Shown: positions 11,913 to 22,299 of the stretch, piece after piece
How positions within the stretch are numbered: position 1 is the first letter of the stretch
Layout: each line of letters starts with the position of its first letter
IMG/VR virus record: IMGVR_UViG_3300033146_000946
Coordinates: 64,001 to 128,000 of that record
Direction: 5' to 3' (one strand)
Length of the DNA stretch: 64,000 bases
From: a virus
Program-made: the position numbers and the translations under genes
Notes under the pieces: model-generated
What the model saw: only the letters and a program-made list of their open reading frames with translations
Databases searched by the model: none
What the model was told of the DNA's origin: nothing

Positions 11913-13704
11913 TTGTTTAATAATTTATTACGGTGATAAAAGTAAGAATTATATTCATATTTTATCAGATGATGGAACTACTCAAGATTATGAAATATCA
12001 GAGGTTTATGATAATTTAATAACTATGGATAATGTTACTTATCTTGATTATTGTTGCAATATGTATGATTTTGATACAAAAATGAAAAAGTATGATAAAA
12101 TATCTGTTTATAGTTTATTATCATATCATTCTAAAAAAGTATATTTACAAAAATATTATTATAAACATTATTATGCTGTTAATGAAGCAGTTTCATCTTA
12201 TATATTAGATGATCATTCATTTAAATATAATAATAATTCTGATTCATTAGTAGATTGGGAATCATTTATGCAAATAACAGCATCATGTAAAGATAGTAGT
12301 ATGTATAGTACGATTTTATATGAAGACGGTGATAAAACTGTTAAAATATTTGGACCAGATCCTAGCACATATTATGATATAACTAATATTGTTATTCACT
12401 ATGCAAAGATTGAATATAAAAAAATTTCTATGGAAGTATGGAAAATAATAATATATGAACATGCTAGTGATATAGATGTCGAATTAATTGGATATATAAA
12501 TGGTAAAAAAGTAGATTCAAAAAAATCTTCAAATAATACATATTTAACTTATAATTATAGTTATAATATGTCAGTTGCTTTTATAGTTGGAGACGATTTT
12601 GATAAATATTTTGGATCTACTTTAGATATAGATTTAGAAATTATTATAAAATATAAAAATGTAAAACTTGAATCTAAAACTATTTCAACATCATTAACAC
12701 CAGTACAACCAGCAAAAGATACTTTAAAATTAACTACATATGATGGTACAAATGTTACTACTGATTGGTATATTATTCCAAATCATAAATATAGAACTAA
12801 AGTCTATTATACATTTACTAATGATCCCAAAATTAAAAATATAGTTAATATTTTAGATTCTAATAATAATATTATTAAATCTTCAATAGAAATGACATCT
12901 ATATATTCTAGTAAATTTTTTAGATTAGATAATGATATTAAAATAGGTGAAGAATATAAATTACAATTAACGCAAAAAACTAATTTAATTGTAGATAAAT
13001 CAAATATTACTAATTCATTTAAAATTATAGATGCTTTCATGGGTTATAATCTATATGGTGTAAATTTTAAAGCAATTATTAAAGATAAAAATAGTAATGA
13101 TATTGATTACATTTATTATACAAATCCAGGATTATCTGAATTTTCAGCTGGTGCTATTAAAAAAACATTAAGTAATGGTAATGTTAAATTACATGCATCT
13201 TTTAAAATTAATAAACCAGAAAAAATATATATGGATAATAAATTTATAACTACAGTAAATTCTTATATTTCACCACATAATATGTATTTAATTTCTATGA
13301 AAAAAGACGAAACATTCTATACTACTTTTCATACAGAAATTACAAAAACAAAATACACAAAAAATTTATTTAGAGATAAAAATAATGTTTATAAATATCA
13401 ATCTATGTCAGCTAGTATTGGTGAATATTTAATAAAATTAGCAAATGATAAACATTTATTTGATTCTAATATAGAAATAGAAGGAGCAGTTGGTGTTAAA
13501 AAAGTAATTACTACTACTAATGATCTTTTAGATACTACTAAAATTCATGAAATTGAAAATGAAATATTTACTAATGGGGAATATAAAACATTTCTTATAT
13601 TTGAAACTAAATTAGATGACATAAAAAGTTATACTACTTATGAATTAACATTTATAGAAACTAGATCAGATTATATAACTCAATTCGATATAACAGAAGG
13701 TTAA
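11896..13704 (+). CDS. Hypothetical protein (602 aa), structural module
   Basis: Long ORF with an AGGAG RBS and beta-rich composition. Confidence 0.45.
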   Translation: MVNLDNCLIIYYGDKSKNYIHILSDDGTTQDYEISEVYDNLITMDNVTYLDYCCNMYDFDTKMKKYDKISVYSLLSYHSKKVYLQKYYYKHYYAVNEAVSSYILDDHSFKYNNNSDSLVDWESFMQITASCKDSSMYSTILYEDGDKTVKIFGPDPSTYYDITNIVIHYAKIEYKKISMEVWKIIIYEHASDIDVELIGYINGKKVDSKKSSNNTYLTYNYSYNMSVAFIVGDDFDKYFGSTLDIDLEIIIKYKNVKLESKTISTSLTPVQPAKDTLKLTTYDGTNVTTDWYIIPNHKYRTKVYYTFTNDPKIKNIVNILDSNNNIIKSSIEMTSIYSSKFFRLDNDIKIGEEYKLQLTQKTNLIVDKSNITNSFKIIDAFMGYNLYGVNFKAIIKDKNSNDIDYIYYTNPGLSEFSAGAIKKTLSNGNVKLHASFKINKPEKIYMDNKFITTVNSYISPHNMYLISMKKDETFYTTFHTEITKTKYTKNLFRDKNNVYKYQSMSASIGEYLIKLANDKHLFDSNIEIEGAVGVKKVITTTNDLLDTTKIHEIENEIFTNGEYKTFLIFETKLDDIKSYTTYELTFIETRSDYITQFDITEG

Positions 13705-13707
13705 AAT

Positions 13708-15114
13708 ATGAGCTTAATAAGAATTAATACTACAGGTTTACCTGATTATACTTTTACTATTACATCTGGTTGGACTGAATCTGGTCATGCTAAATTTAAT
13801 GTTGTATCTGATAAGATTATCGATAATGATATACTTATACAGGTAGTATTTTATGACGCATCATTAACTATTACTGATTCTGAATTAATTATTTTATTTG
13901 ATGATTTATATAATGGAACAAATAATAGTTCTTTTATAACTGAACGATTATATTATAGTCAATATGAAAGTGATGGTACTAGTAAATTTGATAAAGATAT
14001 AGATATATATTTTAAATCTAGTGAGAATACACATCATAAATTTTCATATTTAGTTAGATTTATTGGTGAAGAATATGAAGATATATTTGATCCAAATGTT
14101 GATACTCATACTACTTTATATTTATCTAACCCATATCAACCATATCTTTCCAATTTTGTTAGCGATACATCAGAATCTTTAATTACTGCACAAGTAGTTA
14201 ACGCATCTGAAACAACAACTGATTTAGAATTAACTATTGATCATAATTCACCATTAGTAAATTTAACAAAAAGTAATTCTAAATATCAATTATATATAAC
14301 ATCTTATGATGAAACAACTGGAAATGATATTAAATCATATGGTATAAATAAAGCGACATATCCTTTAGGTACTATTCCATCTGAAAATAATATTACAGAT
14401 GAAACTATTACAATAACATTACCATTTACATATGAAAAAGATGATAAATTTAATTTTATTATTTATAAAATTAGATTAAGATATGTAGATCAAACAGGAA
14501 ATATTACTACTAAATATATAACATTTGATACAAAAAAAATTAAAATTTTTAATGATGTAATTGATAGTGGAAAAATTACAGATAAAGAATTAAGTTATAA
14601 TTTAGTATTAGGTGAATCATTTTTAATAGATGATAATTTAACAACTAAACATAGAATGATTGTTGATATAGAAGATGTATGTTTGGTATCTAATAAATTC
14701 GAATCATCAGGTAGATATGTTTCAAAATATTATTATTTTGATTCTCCATTATATACTGTTATGTTGAAAGTTGATGAAATCTTACCATATAATATATCTG
14801 TTAATTCAATTAAATATTATATTCAATTTGGTGAAAATGATGAAATACAAATATCACCTTTGAATAGAGATCAAGAATTTGATGGAGAAGGAAATTTAAT
14901 TCCAAAATTATTAATATTAGATAAATTGGATATTAAACGATTATCTAGTAATATAAAAGAATTAGAATATTCTTCTAGTTATTCATTTAGAGTTATTATA
15001 GAATTTGATGTTACTACTATAGATGGTACAGATTTAGGTGATTATTTTTTACCACCATTTTTAAACTCATATGAATGTCATGTATCTGATAAAAATTCAT
15101 TTTTAAGGATTTAA
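13708..15114 (+). CDS. Putative structural protein (468 aa)
   Basis: C-terminal 'G.YVSK....SIKYYI.....ISP.N...PPFLNSY' domain similar to neighbours. Confidence 0.5.
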   Translation: MSLIRINTTGLPDYTFTITSGWTESGHAKFNVVSDKIIDNDILIQVVFYDASLTITDSELIILFDDLYNGTNNSSFITERLYYSQYESDGTSKFDKDIDIYFKSSENTHHKFSYLVRFIGEEYEDIFDPNVDTHTTLYLSNPYQPYLSNFVSDTSESLITAQVVNASETTTDLELTIDHNSPLVNLTKSNSKYQLYITSYDETTGNDIKSYGINKATYPLGTIPSENNITDETITITLPFTYEKDDKFNFIIYKIRLRYVDQTGNITTKYITFDTKKIKIFNDVIDSGKITDKELSYNLVLGESFLIDDNLTTKHRMIVDIEDVCLVSNKFESSGRYVSKYYYFDSPLYTVMLKVDEILPYNISVNSIKYYIQFGENDEIQISPLNRDQEFDGEGNLIPKLLILDKLDIKRLSSNIKELEYSSSYSFRVIIEFDVTTIDGTDLGDYFLPPFLNSYECHVSDKNSFLRI

Positions 15115-15117
15115 TTT

Positions 15118-18100
15118 ATGAACACAAAAAAAGAATTATTATATAATTTATTATTTAAACAAACTATAACTGGTGAAATAGATTATCCTAGAATTCCACC
15201 TAAAAGTGATTTATATAAATTAATAGATTTAAAAAATATTGATGATGTTAAACCATTATTAAATTTAGAATTATTTGATGAATTAAATTTTGATACATTA
15301 AATACTGCTTTTAAATCAGTAGTAGATGATTTTAATTTATTATATTCTTCAATCAATAAACAATCTATGGATGTAATGAATCAATTAACTAATTCATTAA
15401 AAGAATATAGAGGTATAACTAGATCATTAAATAGAATAAATCAATCAGCAGTAGATATTATAAATGGTAGAGCTGATATCAATAAATATACATATAAATA
15501 TACCGAAACATTTACTAATGCTGATAATATTAATGAATTTTTATCTACTAAAGATAGTTCAACTAAATTACCAGTAATAGATATTGAATCTGGTACAATG
15601 TATATACCATCAAATACTTTAAATTTAATAGATTTACATCATTATTATGGTACAAAGTTAAATGTTAGATTTTCTAATTATAATGGTATGATTACAAAAA
15701 CAAAAGTTTTATCTAATTATGATATGAGTATTATTTTAGATCCATTATTACACCCAGATGATAAATATGTTTATTACGTAGAAACTAATAAACCTACACC
15801 ATTAACTATGTCATTTGTTATTCAATTAAATCCAGATTCATCAAAATCTGAAATATCAGGAGTAGCTTTTTCTATTGATTCAGCTGTGACAGGTGGATAT
15901 CTAAGATTAGATTATAAAGATGAAACAGGTTGGAAACCTTTTAATTATGCTATAAAACAATTAACACCAGGATTAGATGATTATGCTATAACATTATCAG
16001 ATGTAATTAATACTTCACATATTAGATTTTCTATTATTAAAGAATTTCCAGATGAATTAAAAAATTTAGGTTATTATTTATCTATCAAAAACATATCTAT
16101 TTATAAAAGTACAACTAGTAAAACTGCTGTATTAGTTTCAAAAAGTACTGAAATAAAATCTTATGGTTTTGAAGATACAATTATTGGAACTATTGGTGCT
16201 AAAATAAAAGGAATATTACCACAAAATTGTTATGCTAATATATATGTTTCATCTGATAAAGTTATTCATGCTCATTTTGAAGATATTCATGGTGATTACG
16301 TTGATCCTAAATCTCTTAATAAATTTAGATTAGTTGATACTAAAACTGATGAATTAACAAAAGATAAAAGATTTGTATTATTATCAGATTTAATAGGAAA
16401 TGAACATTTAGAAGGTGTATCAAAATATAATAATCTAGCGTTCGATTGGCAAATTATCAAATCATTTGAAAGTGATAATTTAAAACCTGATATGGTTACA
16501 TTAATTAATATTGGTCAAAAAGATCCATATGATAATAGTATTGCTAATACTAGAGATGTATTATTTGGTGATAGATATTATAATGATATATTATCTGGTA
16601 CATATCCGCAAGATGATTTTCCTCCTCCATTTTCATTAGATGATTGGTTTATGAGTGGTATAATAAATGAATCAAATCCAGATTGGCATAATATAGAATA
16701 TTTAGTAGATGCTGATCCTCATTTATATGGTACTGATTATGGTGATCCTGTTTATGGTTTTCCTTGGAATTGGTTTTATAAACGTAAAAAGAGACATTTA
16801 AAATTTAATGATTTTATTGCTATGATTCCTGGTTGGTGGAGACCTGACTCATCATTAGTTACGCCATCTGGTATATTAAATGAATATGGTGAAATAGATA
16901 AAAGTATAGTAGATACTGTTACTTTTCCATATCCAGATTTTTATATTAATGGTATTAAATTTTATAAAATTTTTAGATTTGATAGAAATTCTGAAGTATT
17001 AGGTTCTGATATGAGAATTTATACATATCAAACTAAACCAGTTAATGGTGTTACTACTAATGATAAAGAAGATTATTATCCTCATAATATGAAATGGGTT
17101 TTTACTTCTAAATATACACCAGTTAGAGCAGTACAAGAAGCTATACCAACTGTATCAGGTTATGCTGATGATCCTCATAAAATAACTGGAAAAGTAAAAG
17201 TTGATATTCCAGATAATGCTAAATATATTGATAGTAGTATAAAAAATGTACATTATAAAGATGATAATCTTTATCTAGATGAAATACGACAATATAAAAT
17301 AATTAAGGATAATGATAAGGATGTTTTTATAGATCTATCTCCTTTAGAAAATAGTGATTTATTAATTGAAGATCATCCATTAGCATTTGAATATGCTTAT
17401 AATTTAATTGATAATTATACATCTTATTGGGATGGTTATATTATAGTTGATGATGAAACTGTTGATATAACTTTAAAACAATCATATGCTTATACAAATC
17501 AAATTAATAAATATAATGTTGTTAATAAATATAAAATTATTAATGTTGATACAGATGAGGTAATAACAAAAAATGATGATGTTAATAATAAAGATTATAA
17601 TATGTTAGATGAGAGTGTTAAAACTATCACTCTAGATAGGGGTATCTATGAATTTAAAATTCATTGTTTAACAGAAAAAGATAATGCTTATCCTGCAAAT
17701 AAATGGTCACCAAACTCTTCTGATTTTATAAAGGTAACTGGAAATGCTAGAATCGTTGCAGATATTAAGCCATTACATATAGTCACATTAGAAACATTAT
17801 TATATTCTACTACTTATGAAAATGATTATAGATGTGCTGTAATTACAGATAGTGATTATACTAATTATGTAATAGTCAAAGAACCATCAAAAAATATTGT
17901 ACCTGGTTATTATTTTGATTCGGAAGGATCTTATTATAATAAATTAGATGAACATCAAATACAAAATATTGGACACTATAAAAGAAGATGGTATGGTGCA
18001 CAAACTAATATAATTGAAACATATTATACTGGTTCAAAAATTGATACTATTATGAGTGGATATTATTATGATAATACGTCTTATGAAGTAGATTATAAAT

Positions 18101-18426
18101 GGAATAAAGGTAAAACTTATGACCAACATTATAAAAATACTTATGATAAATTATATCCGCAACATTCTACATTTGGAGTTCCTATTAATGTTGATGAGCC
18201 AATAACAAATGTATTAAATTCAGGATATCTATTTCATAATACTTCAGAAAATTTACCATCATTTTATACAGCTGAATATGGTTTAGTTGATAGAGATAAT
18301 GTTGCAGGTAACAGATTTTTATATAAAATAGAATTAATTAGTGAAGATGAACAATTGACACCAGTATTAGATGAAATAGAATTTTCTATTAATCCTAAAA
18401 TAGAGGAGTTATTATATGAGACCTAA
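15118..18426 (+). CDS. Large putative structural protein, paralog family (1102 aa)
   Basis: N-terminal 'LNTAFKSVVDDFNLLY' and C-terminal 'TPVLDEIEFSI' motifs. Confidence 0.5.
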   Translation: MNTKKELLYNLLFKQTITGEIDYPRIPPKSDLYKLIDLKNIDDVKPLLNLELFDELNFDTLNTAFKSVVDDFNLLYSSINKQSMDVMNQLTNSLKEYRGITRSLNRINQSAVDIINGRADINKYTYKYTETFTNADNINEFLSTKDSSTKLPVIDIESGTMYIPSNTLNLIDLHHYYGTKLNVRFSNYNGMITKTKVLSNYDMSIILDPLLHPDDKYVYYVETNKPTPLTMSFVIQLNPDSSKSEISGVAFSIDSAVTGGYLRLDYKDETGWKPFNYAIKQLTPGLDDYAITLSDVINTSHIRFSIIKEFPDELKNLGYYLSIKNISIYKSTTSKTAVLVSKSTEIKSYGFEDTIIGTIGAKIKGILPQNCYANIYVSSDKVIHAHFEDIHGDYVDPKSLNKFRLVDTKTDELTKDKRFVLLSDLIGNEHLEGVSKYNNLAFDWQIIKSFESDNLKPDMVTLINIGQKDPYDNSIANTRDVLFGDRYYNDILSGTYPQDDFPPPFSLDDWFMSGIINESNPDWHNIEYLVDADPHLYGTDYGDPVYGFPWNWFYKRKKRHLKFNDFIAMIPGWWRPDSSLVTPSGILNEYGEIDKSIVDTVTFPYPDFYINGIKFYKIFRFDRNSEVLGSDMRIYTYQTKPVNGVTTNDKEDYYPHNMKWVFTSKYTPVRAVQEAIPTVSGYADDPHKITGKVKVDIPDNAKYIDSSIKNVHYKDDNLYLDEIRQYKIIKDNDKDVFIDLSPLENSDLLIEDHPLAFEYAYNLIDNYTSYWDGYIIVDDETVDITLKQSYAYTNQINKYNVVNKYKIINVDTDEVITKNDDVNNKDYNMLDESVKTITLDRGIYEFKIHCLTEKDNAYPANKWSPNSSDFIKVTGNARIVADIKPLHIVTLETLLYSTTYENDYRCAVITDSDYTNYVIVKEPSKNIVPGYYFDSEGSYYNKLDEHQIQNIGHYKRRWYGAQTNIIETYYTGSKIDTIMSGYYYDNTSYEVDYKWNKGKTYDQHYKNTYDKLYPQHSTFGVPINVDEPITNVLNSGYLFHNTSENLPSFYTAEYGLVDRDNVAGNRFLYKIELISEDEQLTPVLDEIEFSINPKIEELLYET

Positions 18427-18703
18427 TTATCCATTAATATCATTTGAATTAAATGATATGTTCCAAGATTTATATTATAAATTAGTTTATATATTGGGAT
18501 ATGATAATGAAGAAAATGAAACAACTTATACTGGTAAATATGATAAAATCGAAATTAATTTACGAGAATCAGTATATAAAATAATTAATCAACTTGATTC
18601 GTATGAAACTAGTTTAGTATTATATAAAGGTACAACACAAGAAATTCCATTGTTTTCAAAATGGAATAAATATATAATCATAAATGAACTTAGGAGTTTA
18701 TAA
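18416..18703 (+). CDS. Small hypothetical protein (95 aa)
   Basis: GAGGAG RBS; 'LISFELNDMFQDLY' resembles the paralog motif. Confidence 0.45.
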   Translation: MRPNYPLISFELNDMFQDLYYKLVYILGYDNEENETTYTGKYDKIEINLRESVYKIINQLDSYETSLVLYKGTTQEIPLFSKWNKYIIINELRSL

Positions 18704-19890
18704 TGAAAATAAATGATAAAAAAAGTTTATCAGTTTATCCATTAATTGAAAATATAGAATATTCTGAACCAATTAGTAGTGAAAAATTAAATAAACAATT
18801 TCAATCTTTAAAAGAATCTGTTTTAAGATCTTTAATAAGAACGCAAGAAATTAATACATCATTAAATATCTTTGAACAAGCTGTAGTAGCGCAAGGAACA
18901 GCGTTAGGTAATCAATATAATAGTTTATTATATAAAGATAATACTAATTCATATATAACAGCATATGATGATATAATGGTTGATGAAAATAATATAAATC
19001 ACGATACAGCTTATGGTTATATAACATTAAATACTGTTGCGCATTATAGTAAAATTCCTAGATTAGAAAAATATAATGGTAAAGTTTCACCACAAGTTAA
19101 GATATTTATTAATTATCAAGAACAAGAAATAGATAGTGGACCATATTATACTTTAGATAATAGTTTAAATACAGTATGGTTTGACACATTTGCTCCTGAT
19201 TCAGAAGTTAGATTTGAAATACAATTACCACCTTCATTAACTAAACGATTTAATTATATTAGACTAGATCCATTTCCAATATTTGGATTTAATATTACAA
19301 AAATAACATATCAAGATTTATATGGAAATTATCATGATATAAATGAAGATATATATGGTACACACGATCCTTTATTAAATAATAAAGCATATCCAACTAA
19401 GATATTTACATCTCCTAAAGAATTTAATGGAACTTTAATTATATATGGAAAAACTGATAGTACAGGTTATTTTGGATTTAGTAATATTGATATAGGTTTT
19501 ATGGATTTTGATAATACAACTACTGAAGTTTTTGTTGAATATAATATATATGAAAAAGATAATAGTACTACTAGATCTCTTAAATTAGAAACGTGTGTAT
19601 TAGATTATTATTTTGATGCAAAAGATGCTAAATCGTTATTAAATAATACTAATCCTGTACTAGAAGCTAGATTAATATCTGGAACTAAACAATGTGTTAA
19701 TAATAGTTGCACTATAGTTCCTGGTGCAGTCGATATTAAATTAGATATATCTGCTAATCAAATAATAGATATTAATAAGACAATAATATTAAGTCCTAAT
19801 CAACGACTTTATTTAAAGTTAAGAATTAAAGAACATAATATGACAACCCCTGTATTTAGAGGTTCTAAATTAAAATATGAGAAGGTTTAA
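18703..19890 (+). CDS. Putative structural protein, paralog family (395 aa)
   Basis: 'EPISSEKLNKQFQSL' N-terminus and 'TPVF' C-terminus. Confidence 0.5.
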   Translation: MKINDKKSLSVYPLIENIEYSEPISSEKLNKQFQSLKESVLRSLIRTQEINTSLNIFEQAVVAQGTALGNQYNSLLYKDNTNSYITAYDDIMVDENNINHDTAYGYITLNTVAHYSKIPRLEKYNGKVSPQVKIFINYQEQEIDSGPYYTLDNSLNTVWFDTFAPDSEVRFEIQLPPSLTKRFNYIRLDPFPIFGFNITKITYQDLYGNYHDINEDIYGTHDPLLNNKAYPTKIFTSPKEFNGTLIIYGKTDSTGYFGFSNIDIGFMDFDNTTTEVFVEYNIYEKDNSTTRSLKLETCVLDYYFDAKDAKSLLNNTNPVLEARLISGTKQCVNNSCTIVPGAVDIKLDISANQIIDINKTIILSPNQRLYLKLRIKEHNMTTPVFRGSKLKYEKV

Positions 19891-19892
19891 TT

Positions 19893-20246
19893 ATGAATAT
19901 AGTAGAAATGGAAAATAGAATTCTTGAATTAGAAACTGGATTAAGAAAAGTGCAAAATCAAGTAAATTCATTAGAACGTGAATTAGGAAAATATGCAACA
20001 CAAGGTCATTTAAAAACCTCAGAAGCTAATACAAAAAATCTTATTAATAAAAATAGTATGATGATAAATAATTTGGAACAGAGATTGGAAACAATCTCCA
20101 TTCCAGATGATACAAGATATTATTTAGAAGCAACTGAGATAGAAGATTTTAGAAGTAATTATAAACGATTGATAGCTTTAATGGCTGATGCAGAAAAGAT
20201 GTATCAAGCGTTAATTACTTATGTTAGTCAGTTTGAGCTAAAGTAA
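19893..20246 (+). CDS. Coiled-coil hypothetical protein (117 aa)
   Basis: Heptad pattern; last gene of the + structural block, overlapping the convergent Cas4-like gene by 23 nt. Confidence 0.5.
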   Translation: MNIVEMENRILELETGLRKVQNQVNSLERELGKYATQGHLKTSEANTKNLINKNSMMINNLEQRLETISIPDDTRYYLEATEIEDFRSNYKRLIALMADAEKMYQALITYVSQFELK

Positions 20247-21243
20247 TACCACTATCTGCCATACATTTATCTTTAAAATTACAATAAGCACATTCCATAT
20301 CACCGATTGGTTCGTGCTTTTTATAATGTTTATTATATTTGATTTTAGATATACGACCACAATGGTATTGTAAATCTACATCTGAGTTATTATATATTAA
20401 TTTATATGATGGATCTGGTAAATGTTGTTCTCTAACATAATTATAAACACTATCAAATTTTGCTATTATATCACGTAATGAAAATCTCAATTCAGCTAAT
20501 CTAGATTGATCTTTAGTAGCAGTTGTAGAATGATGTAATAACTCATCAAACGAATCTACTTGTTGTAAATGAATTGTTTCAAATTCATTACCTGCTTCAT
20601 CTACTGGAGTTATAATAGCATATTCTTCATCATCTAAATCAACCTTAAAATACATAAGACTACCTGTACTTCTATCAATATATAAAAGATAAACTTCTTC
20701 TATATTTCTTTCTTTTCCATCACTACATAATACTGGTCCTTGTAAAGAACGTTTTTTATAATGCATAGCTTGAATTAAATTTTTTGGCGCAGGTAATGGT
20801 ATCTTTTTATTAGTACCAAATACAGAATCTACTTTATATGAAGATATAGATTTGATTTCAATTCCAATATTTTTATTATTTTCATTGATTAATAAATCCA
20901 TTTTACCAGAAGTTATAACTTTATGAATAGTATCTTCAGAAATATATTCCATTCGAACTTGTTCATCAACATATAAATTGTTTTTCTTAAATTCATTTAT
21001 GATACTATCTTCATACATAATACCTGCATCACAAATATGTCGTACACGTACTGACATTGGATTTGTATATTCTTGTCCTAGAAATTTATAAAATAAAGAT
21101 CTTTGACATTCTCCTATTGTGATACCAGCACCTACTTCAGCAATGCCTTCACTTGCCCAAATAACATTCTCTTCACGATATAAAGAACCTTTATCTGCGC
21201 TTACTTCATCTAATTTTTTCCCAAATAGTTTTTTGATAAACAT
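20224..21243 (-). CDS. Cas4-like PD-(D/E)XK exonuclease
   Basis: N-terminal Cys (ECQRSLFY), SGKMD..EIKS core, Q...Y motif and C-terminal C-x2-C-x5-C (CAYCNFKDKC) Fe-S ligands. Confidence 0.8.
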   Translation of the reverse strand: MFIKKLFGKKLDEVSADKGSLYREENVIWASEGIAEVGAGITIGECQRSLFYKFLGQEYTNPMSVRVRHICDAGIMYEDSIINEFKKNNLYVDEQVRMEYISEDTIHKVITSGKMDLLINENNKNIGIEIKSISSYKVDSVFGTNKKIPLPAPKNLIQAMHYKKRSLQGPVLCSDGKERNIEEVYLLYIDRSTGSLMYFKVDLDDEEYAIITPVDEAGNEFETIHLQQVDSFDELLHHSTTATKDQSRLAELRFSLRDIIAKFDSVYNYVREQHLPDPSYKLIYNNSDVDLQYHCGRISKIKYNKHYKKHEPIGDMECAYCNFKDKCMADSGITLAQTD

Positions 21244-21266
21244 ATTATCTCCTTCGTTATGTTTGT

Positions 21267-21295
21267 AATATAACTAAAAGTTGGAGATAAGTCAA
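21267..21295 (-). promoter_or_regulatory. sigma70-like promoter for the Cas4-like gene
   Basis: TTGACT-N17-TATATT on the minus strand. Confidence 0.7.
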
Positions 21296-21299
21296 TAAA

Positions 21300-21470
21300 A
21301 AGTTTAATAAATAATAAATAATAATATATAAATATAATATATAATTATTTTAAAATAAATATATATAATATATATAATAATATAATATTAATATTATATA
21401 CTAAACCCTGTTAGGGTTTAGTTAAATATATAAATAAATATATAATAAATAATTTTTTTAAAAAAAAGTT
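21300..21470. other. AT-rich intergenic region with a central inverted repeat; candidate replication origin or operator
   Basis: About 98 nt of only A/T (21303-21400), then the perfect inverted repeat ACTAAACCCT-GTT-AGGGTTTAGT (21400-21422), between divergent promoters. Confidence 0.4.
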
Positions 21471-21497
21471 GATTTTAATATTTAAATTAATTATATT
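21469..21497 (+). promoter_or_regulatory. sigma70-like promoter
   Basis: TTGATT-N17-TATATT upstream of the AAGGAG RBS and ATG at 21532. Confidence 0.65.
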
Positions 21498-21531
21498 AGT
21501 GATAAGTTAATAAAAAGTTAAGGAGATAGTT

Positions 21532-22254
21532 ATGAAAACTATGACAACTCGAGTAATCGCTCAAAAGTCTAAAAGACTAAACAAAGATATTTTAAAGTAT
21601 ATCAGAAGACATAAAATAAAACACACGAAAACAACATACACGACAAAGAACAATAGAAAAGCGACTGAGTATATTTTAAATATCGATGATGCAGAGCGAA
21701 TTATTAAACGTTTTAACAAAGATTACAAATCTATCAATGTTAACGTATCTTTGGATAAAAATAATGTTGTAACATCTAAGAAAACTAAAAAGATTATTAC
21801 AACTAAGAAGAATAGTGTACAGGTTACTAATGATAAGAAAGATACATATTTGAATATCTATTCTAAATATGCTATTAATTCTAAGACCATTAGAAAAGTA
21901 GTATTAAGTCATATCTTTTCTCCTATGAAGAAAATGGATATGAGTATTGATGAATCATTTGAATTAATTGTAGATACAATAAATGCATTTAATTTACATG
22001 ATTATATCAGTAATTATGCTTATAATTTAGGATCACATAAAAGTTATAAGTTCTTTTTAAAAAGTACATATTGGAATGTGATTAGAATGAAGCAATTACA
22101 AGATCATCCTATCTGTGCTATCTGTGGTGCAACTGAAAATTTAAGAGTTCATCATCCAGATTATAAACAAGTTCCTAGAGGAACAGAATATAAGAATATG
22201 CATTTATTAACAACTGTATGTGATGAATGTCATTCAAATATTCATAATAAATAA
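21532..22254 (+). CDS. HNH-domain protein with a basic N-terminal region
   Basis: C-terminal CAICG...LRVHH......L.TVCDECHSNIH. Confidence 0.75.
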   Translation: MKTMTTRVIAQKSKRLNKDILKYIRRHKIKHTKTTYTTKNNRKATEYILNIDDAERIIKRFNKDYKSINVNVSLDKNNVVTSKKTKKIITTKKNSVQVTNDKKDTYLNIYSKYAINSKTIRKVVLSHIFSPMKKMDMSIDESFELIVDTINAFNLHDYISNYAYNLGSHKSYKFFLKSTYWNVIRMKQLQDHPICAICGATENLRVHHPDYKQVPRGTEYKNMHLLTTVCDECHSNIHNK

Positions 22255-22299
22255 TTATTTTAAAAAATAAATTGAATTAAATATATAAGGAGATTGCAA

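Noticed and set aside
8151-13040. Short nested ORFs 8151-8375, 10536-10721, 10543-10731 and 12807-13040
   Set aside because: They lie entirely within long genes in another frame or strand, and have the I/L/M-rich composition typical of AT-rich shadow ORFs.
21401-21421. Telomere-like TTTAGGG/CCCTAAA-type repeat
   Set aside because: Only a single inverted pair, not a tandem array.
20224-21531. CRISPR array near the Cas4-like gene
   Set aside because: There is no repeat-spacer periodicity; the neighbouring region is low-complexity A/T with one inverted repeat.
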